Source: a virus
Taxonomy: Duplodnaviria > Caudoviricetes
Length of the DNA stretch: 64,000 bases
Virus record (IMG/VR): IMGVR_UViG_3300042139_000023
Direction: 5' to 3' (one strand)
The translations under genes were made by a program, and so were the position numbers. This document shows, piece after piece, positions 1-8,105 of the stretch. Numbering within the stretch: the stretch's first letter is position 1; the number at the start of each line of letters is the position of its first letter. The notes beneath the pieces were generated by a model. The model was not told where the DNA came from. It did no database searches and was given only the letters and a program-made list of their open reading frames with translations.

Positions 1-197
1 GAGTAGCCGTTGTTCACGATGTTGACGGTGTTCTGGGTGCCACTGGTGACGGTGTGATGGATCATCACGCCATGCACGGCACCCCACGGTCCCTTGCTGT
101 TGCGGTTGTGGGTCTCCCAGTTGCCGACTTCGACAACCTCGACGCCTTCCGCCTTCAGAGCGGCCAGAAATCTGGCTGCGCTCATCGGTGTAGACAC
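1..197 (-). CDS. Endolysin, N-acetylmuramoyl-L-alanine amidase (Amidase_2), N-terminal part; runs off the window edge
   Basis: Manual translation from GTG at 197 (RBS GGAGGGAGG): MSTPMSAARFLAALKAEGVEVVEVGNWETHNRNSKGPWGAVHGVMIHHTVTSG, the typical N-terminus of Streptomyces amidases with the zinc-binding HHT motif. Confidence 0.88.
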   Translation of the reverse strand, partial: MSTPMSAARFLAALKAEGVEVVEVGNWETHNRNSKGPWGAVHGVMIHHTVTSGTQNTVNIVNNGY

Positions 198-299
198 GGG
201 TTCCTCCCTCCGTGTGATGGTCATAGCTTCGCACGAATCTACGAAGAAGCGACTCGACAACTTCCCGCTTTCCTGCAATACTGTTTCTAGGAAAGGGGA

Positions 300-968
300 T
301 TGACCGTGAACAAGAAGACCGTAGTGATCGCATCTGGGGCCGCTGGCATCATCCTGGCCGTCTCCGCGTGTGGTACCGACACCTACGACTACGAGGTTTC
401 CGGCCTCGTGCAGGGGCAGCAGGTCGACTACGACTGCCCCAACGAGCTGTCCATGGACGCCGTCGCGTTCGTGACCGGCAAGGGCGGCGGCGGAGGCAGG
501 AGCAGCAGCAAGAAGTCCTCCAGCGACAGCAGCAGCTCGGACTCCTCGGACTCCAGCGACAGCAGCAGCACCACCACGAACCGGCAGCAGAACCGCTCCT
601 CCGGCACGACGGCTTCGAAGGCGCCCTCCAAGGCTGCCTCGACCCCGGCCTCGAAGGCCCCGTCGACCAGCTCCGGAACGAACCAGCGCAGCTCCAGCCC
701 GAGCGCCGCGCCGCCCGTCAAGAACAAGGGCGTCAAGCTGAAGAAGAAGCCCGAGAAGCCGCAGAAGCTCAAGGGCAAGAAGCTCCCCAAGGTGAAGTAC
801 AAGTTCAAGCCGAAGGGCTGCGAGACGGAGTACGAGATCTTCGTCCTCGCCGACGACGGCTACCTGTACGAGCAGGACGTCCGCAAGGCCGACTACGACA
901 ACTGCGTGAAGGCCAAGATCCCGGCCGGGAAGAAGAACAAGCTCTTCCCGCTCTGCACCAAGGGCTGA
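300..968 (+). CDS. Lipoprotein with Ser-rich and Lys-rich low-complexity insert
   Basis: Basic N-terminus, hydrophobic stretch and lipobox VSAC; RBS AAAGGGGA; start TTG 300 or GTG 306. Confidence 0.8.
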   Translation: MTVNKKTVVIASGAAGIILAVSACGTDTYDYEVSGLVQGQQVDYDCPNELSMDAVAFVTGKGGGGGRSSSKKSSSDSSSSDSSDSSDSSSTTTNRQQNRSSGTTASKAPSKAASTPASKAPSTSSGTNQRSSSPSAAPPVKNKGVKLKKKPEKPQKLKGKKLPKVKYKFKPKGCETEYEIFVLADDGYLYEQDVRKADYDNCVKAKIPAGKKNKLFPLCTKG

Positions 969-1060
969 TGTCGTACGCGATCGAGTGGGTGGCCACCCTG
1001 GCTGGTTCCGGGGTGGCCGCTCGCGCGTTCCTGTTCCTGAAGGAGAGGGGAAGGCGTTGA
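968..1060 (+). CDS. Putative 30-aa membrane peptide (MSYAIEWVATLAGSGVAARAFLFLKERGRR)
   Basis: ATG overlaps the upstream stop (TGATG) and its stop overlaps the next start; hydrophobic core followed by basic tail. Confidence 0.4.
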   Translation: MSYAIEWVATLAGSGVAARAFLFLKERGRR

Positions 1061-1470
1061 GCTACACCGGATCGGTGAGCGGGGTGTTCACCATCGACCC
1101 GCCGCTCCCGTGGTCACAGATCAAGAACAGCCGGTTCTACCTGGACAACAAGCCCGACTCCCGGGACGACCCGAGCGTGGTTCTCGCGGTCGAGCGTTCC
1201 GAAGAGGAGACCGACACCGGCATCTCCACCGTCTTCACGTCGAGCGCGGCCATTCCGTGGCGCGAGTCCTTCGACTGTCGCGACCTGGAGAAGGACGTGA
1301 AGAAGCTGGTCGCCGAGATGACGGAGATCGACAGAACCGTTCAGGGCGTGATGGTGGTCGACGGCGAGTGGGCCGGTGACATCTGGCGCGTCGTCGCCGA
1401 CGAGGACGGGGTGCGCAGGGAGAACGCCCGCTTCGTGTGGCCCGACGGAACCGAAGTCCAGTTCAAGTGA
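1057..1470 (+). CDS. Actinophage hypothetical protein, DUF6205-like
   Basis: TTG start overlapping the previous stop; SYTGSVSGVFTIDPPLPWSQI pattern recalled for this family. Confidence 0.55.
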   Translation: MSYTGSVSGVFTIDPPLPWSQIKNSRFYLDNKPDSRDDPSVVLAVERSEEETDTGISTVFTSSAAIPWRESFDCRDLEKDVKKLVAEMTEIDRTVQGVMVVDGEWAGDIWRVVADEDGVRRENARFVWPDGTEVQFK

Positions 1471-1528
1471 GACCGCCTGGAGGGGCACGGCATCACGCCG
1501 TGCCCCTCTTTGGCGTGAAGGGAGACCG

Positions 1529-1813
1529 ATGAGGAACGACATGAGAACGATGCTCCGGACCGAGGTGTCGGAGTCCGTCAGGGCCCTTCTGGAGAAGCGG
1601 CGAAAAGACGTACTCGCCATGCTCGCTTCCTGTGGAGTGGACCCGATGGACATTCCGAGATGGCCGGAGATCTGGCGCGACGAGGAAGGGATCCACATCG
1701 ACCGGTACATGCGGACCGAAGACGGCAGACTTCGCCGAGACGACTTCGGGTTCATGGTCGAGGAGTCCGTCATCCAGCCGACGGTGATCCCCGACTGGAT
1801 CGCGTACGGCTGA
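1529..1813 (+). CDS. Hypothetical protein
   Basis: ATG 1529 with RBS AAGGGAG; GC3-biased codons; followed by a hairpin. Confidence 0.7.
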   Translation: MRNDMRTMLRTEVSESVRALLEKRRKDVLAMLASCGVDPMDIPRWPEIWRDEEGIHIDRYMRTEDGRLRRDDFGFMVEESVIQPTVIPDWIAYG

Positions 1814-1817
1814 ACGG

Positions 1818-1846
1818 AGGCCCGTCGGGAGACCGGCGGGCCTTTC
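1818..1846 (+). terminator. Intrinsic terminator
   Basis: Stem AGGCCCGTCGG / CCGGCGGGCCT with GAGA loop and T tail. Confidence 0.7.
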
Positions 1847-1859
1847 GTGTGCCATCAGC

Positions 1860-1972
1860 CTACCGTTCGGTAACTTTCCTTCGCCTCGAACCCGAAGAGA
1901 AGCTACCGAGAAGTAACAAGAATCGGGTCGGAAGACACCCGAATCCCGGAAGAAAAGCTACCGAAGGGTAAC
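1860..1972. repeat. Three copies of CTACCG-N4-GTAAC (1860-1874, 1903-1917, 1958-1972), probable operators
   Basis: Read directly in an intergenic, AT-richer segment. Confidence 0.7.
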
Positions 1973-2179
1973 TGACAGAACGGGTGAATCGGATGATTCG
2001 GGCTGTCCGTATCGACCACTTATGTCCTGCTGTAGCGTGTCGGAGATCCATAAAAAGTGGTCCGGTATGCCTGATTCGCAGGAGTTCATGGTGATTCGAG
2101 GAAGGCCAGAATCGCAACGAATCTGGACAAGGTGCCCCAGGAGGTGGCCTACCCGGGCGGTAGGCCATCGGGTAGGATC

Positions 2180-2189
2180 GGCCTAGGCC
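2180..2189. promoter_or_regulatory. GGCCTAGGCC palindrome, putative GntR operator
   Basis: Perfect 10-bp palindrome just upstream of the RBS of 2206; same motif recurs at other promoters. Confidence 0.6.
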
Positions 2190-2205
2190 GTTCGAAAGGA
2201 GGCAC

Positions 2206-2673
2206 ATGGACGCCCAATCGCAGCTAGAGGCAAGCAAGTTGGTCCTCAACTTGCCGTACTTCGAGCTGATCATCACCGGCTCCAGGGACTGGGCGGACCG
2301 CAGAGCGGTCCATCTGCCGCTGACCCGCCTGCTGAAACGCCACGGCCGCCTGCTCATCCGCAACGGAAAGAACAGGCGAGGCGCCGACAGGATCGTCAGC
2401 GACTGGTCCTCCCACTTCATCGACGTGCTGGTCCTGGAGAAGCCGTACCTGCCCGACTGGGACAGCCACGGCAACTACGCGGGCAACCTCCGCAACCAGG
2501 ACATGGTCGATGCCGGGGCCCAGGCCGTCATGGCGTGGGCCAACCCCTGCCGGAAGAACGGCCGCTGGTGCCCGCCGGGCGAACACCCCTCGCACGGCAC
2601 GGCCGACTGTGTCGAACGCGCCAGGAAGGCGAACATCCCCGTCTACTTCAGCCCCGAAGGGATGAGCTGGTAG
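2206..2673 (+). CDS. SLOG-family (DUF2493/YspA-like) protein
   Basis: IITGSRDW.D motif, GAD motif, GNLRNQDMVD motif; RBS AAGGAGG. Confidence 0.75.
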   Translation: MDAQSQLEASKLVLNLPYFELIITGSRDWADRRAVHLPLTRLLKRHGRLLIRNGKNRRGADRIVSDWSSHFIDVLVLEKPYLPDWDSHGNYAGNLRNQDMVDAGAQAVMAWANPCRKNGRWCPPGEHPSHGTADCVERARKANIPVYFSPEGMSW

Positions 2674-2733
2674 TTCGGCTCGAATTCCAGCGCGAACATC
2701 CGGAAGAACCTCGGAATCCAAGGAGATCGCACC

Positions 2734-3171
2734 ATGCAGAAGCTCACCACCGTCGCCCTGTCCACCGCGCTCGCGGGAGGGATGATGCTGACCGTGGCGC
2801 CCAGCGCCGATGCGGCCACCTCGATACGGGTGAAGGCCCTGAGTACCGCCGCCGCTCAGAAGGGGGACCCCTACAAGAGCGGCGCCGCTGGTCCGAACTA
2901 CTTCGACTGCTCGGGCCTGACGTACTACTCGTTCAAGAAGAACGGCAGGACGCTCCCCCGCACGGCCCAGGCCCAGTACAACAAGTCCACGAAGATCCCC
3001 GCGAGCAAGCGGACCAAGGGTGACCTGGTCTTCTTCGGCGGCGCGAACTCGATCTACCACGTCGGCATCTACGCGGGCAGCGGCTACATCTGGCACTCCC
3101 CGAAGCCCGGCAAGAAGGTCGAGAAGGTCAAGCTGTGGACCTCTTCGGTCCGGTACGGGCGGTTCGTCTGA
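2734..3171 (+). CDS. Secreted NlpC/P60 (C40) peptidoglycan endopeptidase
   Basis: Signal peptide ending ADA; GDPY..GAAGP..FDCSGL, GDLVFF and HVGIYAG motifs. Confidence 0.93.
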   Translation: MQKLTTVALSTALAGGMMLTVAPSADAATSIRVKALSTAAAQKGDPYKSGAAGPNYFDCSGLTYYSFKKNGRTLPRTAQAQYNKSTKIPASKRTKGDLVFFGGANSIYHVGIYAGSGYIWHSPKPGKKVEKVKLWTSSVRYGRFV

Positions 3172-3389
3172 TGGCTGCCTTCCTGGTCACGGTGCGACTC
3201 GCCAAGAACCCCGAGCACAACCCGCGCGAGAAGAAGACCGGCCCGTGTCCGGTCAACGGAAAGCCCTGCACGGACGTGACGGGCGAGCACCACACCTTCC
3301 TGGTCGAGCTGGACGACGTGGACGATGCGGAGGCGGCACGCGAGATCTACACGGGCCTCTACCGGGTGACCCGCATCGAGACCGTATGA
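3171..3389 (+). CDS. Hypothetical protein
   Basis: ATG coupled to the upstream stop (TGATG); 72 aa. Confidence 0.65.
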   Translation: MAAFLVTVRLAKNPEHNPREKKTGPCPVNGKPCTDVTGEHHTFLVELDDVDDAEAAREIYTGLYRVTRIETV

Positions 3390-3452
3390 CCGTGGGGATT
3401 CGCCTTGGATTCCAGGGCGAATCCCCGTAAGAACCCTCGGAATGGAGAGAAC

Positions 3453-3782
3453 GTGAGCTGGACCGGAGGAACGGAGATCTTCGAATCGGTCTCCGAGGCG
3501 ATCGAGCAGCGCGAGGAGGGCGAGATCTCCGGCAAGGAGCTGGTCGGCGCCCTCATCGAGGCGCTGAAGAAGCGGGGCTGGGACCCCACGGACTATGGCG
3601 TCGGCGGCCTCGCCGAGGACTCCATCATCCGTGAGGCCATGGCCGAGCACGGCAACGTGGAGAAGTGCGACGGCGAGCACCCCGTGCAGCCGTGGCAGTG
3701 CGAGGAAAGCAAGGGCCACTACCCGGCCACGAAGCACGAGGACTACCAGGGAAACACCTGGTCGGAAGAGGAGGAAGCGTGA
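3453..3782 (+). CDS. Hypothetical protein
   Basis: GTG start with RBS GGAGAG; coupled to the next gene. Confidence 0.7.
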   Translation: MSWTGGTEIFESVSEAIEQREEGEISGKELVGALIEALKKRGWDPTDYGVGGLAEDSIIREAMAEHGNVEKCDGEHPVQPWQCEESKGHYPATKHEDYQGNTWSEEEEA

Positions 3783-4048
3783 GCGAGATCCGCGCCCTGA
3801 ACAGCCTGGGCGACATCGACAGGAGCGCCCGGCTCGCCGTGGAGAAGAGCATGACCCCGGGGTGCCACATCGTCATCGGCGGCTTCGGCCCGGTGAAGAC
3901 GGGCTTCGGCGAGCGCATGACGGTACCGCTGGGGGACGCCCAGCTCGACGAGGACCCCGGCATCTTCGCCGAGCTGACCTACGAGCAGGCGCTGGACCTG
4001 AATGCGAAGCTGGCGGCGAAGCTGAACGAGCTGGCTTCCGAGCGCTGA
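3779..4048 (+). CDS. Hypothetical protein
   Basis: GTGA overlap with the upstream stop; GC3 bias. Confidence 0.7.
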   Translation: MSEIRALNSLGDIDRSARLAVEKSMTPGCHIVIGGFGPVKTGFGERMTVPLGDAQLDEDPGIFAELTYEQALDLNAKLAAKLNELASER

Positions 4049-4071
4049 GCAGCAGGAACGAGGAGAACGCG

Positions 4072-4281
4072 ATGAGCATGTACGAGAAGATGCTCTGTAC
4101 CGGCCCTTCGGGGTGCGGGCACCCCCGGCACGAGCACACCGGAACGCACGTGAAGGGCTCCCGGACGGCGTGCCGTCACAAGCTGGCGCAGGGCCGAGGG
4201 GTCTGCGCCTGCACCGAATTCAAGGAGGTTCGGGCTAATTCGTCCGTTTCGAAGCGGACTCCGGAAGCCGCTCGTGGCTGA
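4072..4281 (+). CDS. Small Cys/His-rich (possible zinc-binding) protein
   Basis: ATG with RBS GAGGAG; C-x4-CGH and CxC motifs. Confidence 0.6.
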   Translation: MSMYEKMLCTGPSGCGHPRHEHTGTHVKGSRTACRHKLAQGRGVCACTEFKEVRANSSVSKRTPEAARG

Positions 4282-4519
4282 GCGGCCGACCCCGCAGGAG
4301 GTCGAGACGAGCCGCCTGGCCAAGCTCCTGCTGGATCTGCACCGCTGCGAGCACGGCCGTCTGGAGGGGGACCCCTGTCTCTCGTGCGGCGGTCCGTCGG
4401 CGGGCAACCGCCTCATCCCACCAGGCACGCACATCGGGTACACCAGGTATGGGGACCGCATCGTGGTCCCCTCCTGGGAGGAGCACAACGACCCCAGAAA
4501 GTGGGTCCAAGGCCGCTGA
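4274..4519 (+). CDS. Actinophage hypothetical protein with RCEHGR..GD.C..C motif
   Basis: 81-aa ORF with Cys/His cluster. Confidence 0.65.
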   Translation: MAERPTPQEVETSRLAKLLLDLHRCEHGRLEGDPCLSCGGPSAGNRLIPPGTHIGYTRYGDRIVVPSWEEHNDPRKWVQGR

Positions 4520-4598
4520 AAAGTGGCCTGCAAGAACCAGCGAAAACGGCCCGCCGGAACGGCTCCGGCGGGCCACTCGGAGAGGAGATGAGGAGGTC

Positions 4599-6047
4599 AT
4601 GGCGATCCGCGTGAAGGTCCCGCAGGCAGCGGGAATCAGGCAGTCGATGGAGGTCCAGAACGGCTCCAAGGGCCTGGGCAGGATGTTCCGCAGGGGGCTG
4701 CACGGAAGCAAGAACTGGGTGCTGGAGCTGGACGAGAACGGCGAGCACCGCTCGGTGTGGGCCAAGGGTGGCCGGGCGTTCATCGTGCTCATCCCGGTCT
4801 GGGTGGTCCTGAGTGCGGCGACCGGCGGCCCGGAGCGGGGCGGCCACTCGACGAGCGTTCCGCAGGCGCTCGGCGCGGCTCTCCTTCTCACGGTGATCGG
4901 GCTGGCGGTGTTCTCCGCGCGTGAGCGGAAGCTGGGCCGCGAAGAGCCGTGGGTCACCGAGGGAGGCGACTCCAAGGGGATCACGGAAAGTGAGGATGGC
5001 GAGAACAAGACGCTCGTCGACCCCGCGCCGGAGAACTCCACGCAGATCCTCGAAAACCCGCAGGTCGAAGAGTCGGGTTCCGACGATGGGGCCGAACAGG
5101 AGATGGACGATTCGGAAGATTCGGTCGAAACCGAGCGATTCGAACAGCCGGATTTGCAGGAGCCGGTGCAGCAGGCCATTCCGTCCGAGGCGGAAACCCG
5201 CGTCATGACTGCGCCGGAGGCACCCACGACGGTGTTGCCGCAGGTCGTGCAGCAGGCCACTTCTGATGTCGCAGACCAGGACAAGTCGGGCCAGTCGTTC
5301 GAGGACATCGCCTCGGTGGCGAACGACTTTCGGACCGAAGCCTCGCAGCAGGCCAGTCAGGAACCGGCATATTCCCTGGTCAAGGACTCTGCGCCCGACA
5401 TGCAGGAGCCCGTGCAGCAGGCCACTCCCCAGTGGACGAAGCTGGACGTTTCCGGCGTCACCGAGGGTGATAACGGACTCATCCCTGACGAGCCCACCAC
5501 GCCCTTGCGGACCACCGTGCAGACGGCCTTGCACCAGAACCCCGATGCAAGCGAATCCGTGCAGGTCAGCCTGGAGAAGGAGCCCGTGCAGCAACCCTTG
5601 CAGGGGGAGTTGCAGGTCCAGTTCGCCCAGGCTGGGCCCTACCCGGCCGGGGAAGAGCCGGAGCACGAGGACTGGTGGGTGGTGGCACCCGACATCGAGC
5701 CCGCAGCGGAGGCGGAGGAAGTCGCCCTGGAGCCCGTTCAGGAAGATGTCGCGCCCGAGCCCGTCCCCGTCTTCGCGGAGGCCGCAGAAGCGGAGCAGGA
5801 GGCGTCTCAGGTTCCGGTCGGCCGTCACCCGATGGTCGTGCTCACCTACCTCGCCTCCCAGGCCCCGAAGTCCGGCTTCACGCCCGAGGAGAAGGAGGCG
5901 GCTCGCACGGCTGTCATCACGTGGCTGCACGGGGAGATCCAGCAGGGACACCTGAACCGCGCCGAAGGCGCTCGTGTTCTCGGCGTGGACGCCTCCACGG
6001 TCGGTCGCTGGCTGAGCGACCTGAACGACGACCCCTGGGCCGGGTGA
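4599..6047 (+). CDS. Membrane-anchored protein with acidic low-complexity linker and C-terminal HTH
   Basis: ATG 4599 with RBS AGGAGG; two hydrophobic segments near the N-terminus; C-terminal LNRAEGARVLGVDASTVGRWL. Confidence 0.75.
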   Translation: MAIRVKVPQAAGIRQSMEVQNGSKGLGRMFRRGLHGSKNWVLELDENGEHRSVWAKGGRAFIVLIPVWVVLSAATGGPERGGHSTSVPQALGAALLLTVIGLAVFSARERKLGREEPWVTEGGDSKGITESEDGENKTLVDPAPENSTQILENPQVEESGSDDGAEQEMDDSEDSVETERFEQPDLQEPVQQAIPSEAETRVMTAPEAPTTVLPQVVQQATSDVADQDKSGQSFEDIASVANDFRTEASQQASQEPAYSLVKDSAPDMQEPVQQATPQWTKLDVSGVTEGDNGLIPDEPTTPLRTTVQTALHQNPDASESVQVSLEKEPVQQPLQGELQVQFAQAGPYPAGEEPEHEDWWVVAPDIEPAAEAEEVALEPVQEDVAPEPVPVFAEAAEAEQEASQVPVGRHPMVVLTYLASQAPKSGFTPEEKEAARTAVITWLHGEIQQGHLNRAEGARVLGVDASTVGRWLSDLNDDPWAG

Positions 6048-6071
6048 CCAGGCCACACGAAATGGCCTACT

Positions 6072-6107
6072 CGAAGGGCCGCCAGACGATGTTCTGGCGG
6101 CCCTTCG
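6072..6107. terminator. 15-bp perfect hairpin, probable terminator
   Basis: CGAAGGGCCGCCAGA / TCTGGCGGCCCTTCG. Confidence 0.65.
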
Positions 6108-6150
6108 CCGTACGCTGATGCCCGACACGGATCACTGGAAAGGTGATGGC

Positions 6151-6582
6151 ATGAGCGAGAACGCCTACGACCGCAGCGCGCTGGGCCACGAGGCAGGAAA
6201 GCTGCTGGACGCCCTCCTGAAGCATGTGAACGAGATCGGGCGGGCCCAGGTGGCAACATCCGCCCTCCTGAAGGACAGCGGACTGACCCAGGGTGCCCTG
6301 GTGCGCGCCAGGGCGGAACTCACCCGGAACGGGCTGCTGCGAACGGAGCCGGGCTTCTCCTCTACCGGGCTGCGCGGGGCGAACGTCTACGTGCTGAACA
6401 TGACCGCGATCGAGCCCCCTTCCAAGGAGATTCTGGAAGACGAAACCGGACGAATCGAGGCAGACGATCCCGATGGTGCTGGTCACCAGGTTTCCGGAGA
6501 GGTTCCTGCCCCTTCCGGGCGGCATCGCAGCGAGCGGAAGGGCTTCCTTCGTGGCCTCTTCCGTGGGTCTCGTTCTTCCTGA
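6151..6582 (+). CDS. Winged-helix DNA-binding protein
   Basis: SALLKDSGLTQGALVRARAELTRNGLLRTE..ANVYVL pattern typical of wHTH domains. Confidence 0.65.
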   Translation: MSENAYDRSALGHEAGKLLDALLKHVNEIGRAQVATSALLKDSGLTQGALVRARAELTRNGLLRTEPGFSSTGLRGANVYVLNMTAIEPPSKEILEDETGRIEADDPDGAGHQVSGEVPAPSGRHRSERKGFLRGLFRGSRSS

Positions 6583-6750
6583 AGCACGGAAGGACTGCCG
6601 CCCTGTCGGAAGAAGCCGAAGAAGAGGTGGTTGTTCTCCACTCGAATCGGACGAATGAGGACACGACGGGGCGGCAGTTCGTGGCACGCTTCTCGAATCG
6701 CAGTGAATTCGGACAGAACGGACGACTTCCAGGATCCTGCCCTGGTTCGC

Positions 6751-6780
6751 TTGACACGGCCTAGGCCACGCTGGCACAGT
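6751..6780 (+). promoter_or_regulatory. Promoter of the spdB-like gene with GGCCTAGGCC operator in the spacer
   Basis: TTGACA (6751-6756), N18, CACAGT (6775-6780); palindrome at 6758-6767. Confidence 0.7.
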
Positions 6781-6845
6781 CATGCGTAACGCCCCCAAGC
6801 GAGGTTTCAGAAACCGGGGGTTTTCGGAAAGGGAGAAACCCAGAC

Positions 6846-8006
6846 ATGGACAAGACGGAAAACAACGAGAAGGTCGCGAAGGTCGACATCGACGAGGACG
6901 GTCCGAAGCGTTTCTCCGTTCTGGTTCTGATGGCGAGCATCCTCTCGATCGGCTCCCTCGCCTGGAGTACCTGGTCCTTCATCGACCTGTACAAGGTCGA
7001 CGCGCTCACCATCGACAAGCTGGGCGGGCTCAGCCTGATCTCCCTCTCGGCCGCCGCAACGATGGACGTCGTCTGGAGCGCGACGATGGTGGCCCAGTAC
7101 CAGGGCCAGAAGCTGATGGGGAAGCTGCCGAAGGTCAAGAAGTCCTTCGACTTCCTCCCGCTCATCGGGTGGATCGAGGCCCTGTTCGTCGCCGGACTGC
7201 TCGGCTACCACGGAACGACGATCGGCGGCGGCGCCGCAGGGTTCGCGGCGGTCCTCCCGGTCTTCACGAAGCTCACGTGGACGATGGCCCTGAACGGCCT
7301 GAAGGACCCGAGCGAACTGACCGACGAGGAGAAGGCCGAGATGGCGGCCGAGAAGCGGAAGTCGAAGCTCACCCGGGCCAAGGCCGACGCAACCCAGGAG
7401 CAGCATGCGGCCGACATGATCCTGAAGAACCGCGAGCACGAGGCGGCCCTGGCCGAGCAGCGGCGCCTGGCGGCCATCGAGCACGAGAAGGTCCAGGCCG
7501 AGATCGAGCGCAAGAAGCTGGAGCAGCAGGCCCAGTTCGAGCTGGAGAAGGCCCGGCTGGAGGGTGAGGCCGAGACCAAGCTGATGCGTCAGCAGCTCAA
7601 CGCGCGGCTCCAGATCGAGACCCTGCGCAGCCAGCAGGGCATCAGCCTGGAGCGCATGGACGCCGAGCAGGAGCTGCGCCTGCGGGCCCCGCTGGACCTC
7701 GGCTTCAACGTCATCCAGGGGCAGGTCTCCCGGCCGCAGCTCGCGAAGAGCAACGTCTCGTTCGAGGAGGAGGACGACGCGGAGGGCATCAGCCTGGACG
7801 GCCTGAACCTGACCGACGCCGAGCGCCGGAAGGTGAACCTGGCGGCCCGCTACTACGCCGCCGACGCGGCCGAGGGCGGCATCACCAAGGCCGCCTTCGC
7901 GAAGGCCAACCAGACGGGCGCCCCCCGGGTGACCGAGGCGACCACCGCCTTCCCGCTGGAGTGGTTCGTCGAGAACGGTCTCGCGAGCTGGATGAACCAG
8001 GGCTGA
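6846..8006 (+). CDS. spdB: SpdB-like plasmid spread protein (about four TM helices plus coiled coil)
   Basis: SLAWSTWSFIDL, DVVWSATMVAQYQG, PLIGW...LLGYHG, LPVFTKLTWTMAL and DPSELTDEE match the recalled pattern of Streptomyces plasmid SpdB proteins; long Glu/Gln/Arg coiled coil follows. Confidence 0.72.
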   Translation: MDKTENNEKVAKVDIDEDGPKRFSVLVLMASILSIGSLAWSTWSFIDLYKVDALTIDKLGGLSLISLSAAATMDVVWSATMVAQYQGQKLMGKLPKVKKSFDFLPLIGWIEALFVAGLLGYHGTTIGGGAAGFAAVLPVFTKLTWTMALNGLKDPSELTDEEKAEMAAEKRKSKLTRAKADATQEQHAADMILKNREHEAALAEQRRLAAIEHEKVQAEIERKKLEQQAQFELEKARLEGEAETKLMRQQLNARLQIETLRSQQGISLERMDAEQELRLRAPLDLGFNVIQGQVSRPQLAKSNVSFEEEDDAEGISLDGLNLTDAERRKVNLAARYYAADAAEGGITKAAFAKANQTGAPRVTEATTAFPLEWFVENGLASWMNQG

Positions 8007-8023
8007 CAAGCCCGCACGACAGA

Positions 8024-8056
8024 GAAGCCCCCGCCCCGGCGGGGGCTTCCTGTTTT
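8024..8056 (+). terminator. Intrinsic terminator
   Basis: GAAGCCCCCGCC / GGCGGGGGCTTC stem followed by CTGTTTT. Confidence 0.75.
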
Positions 8057-8105
8057 CCCCAACTTGCCTGTATTCTGGTTATGTTGAAGTGGAGAGGAGA
8101 ATGAC

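Noticed and set aside
490-580. AGC/TCC trinucleotide-like repeats as a phase-variable microsatellite
   Set aside because: Imperfect, in-frame and explained by the Ser-rich linker of the lipoprotein
1861-1872. TACCGTTCG resembles the mutant loxP arm (lox71)
   Set aside because: Short coincidental match within the CTACCG-N4-GTAAC family; no full lox site or recombinase
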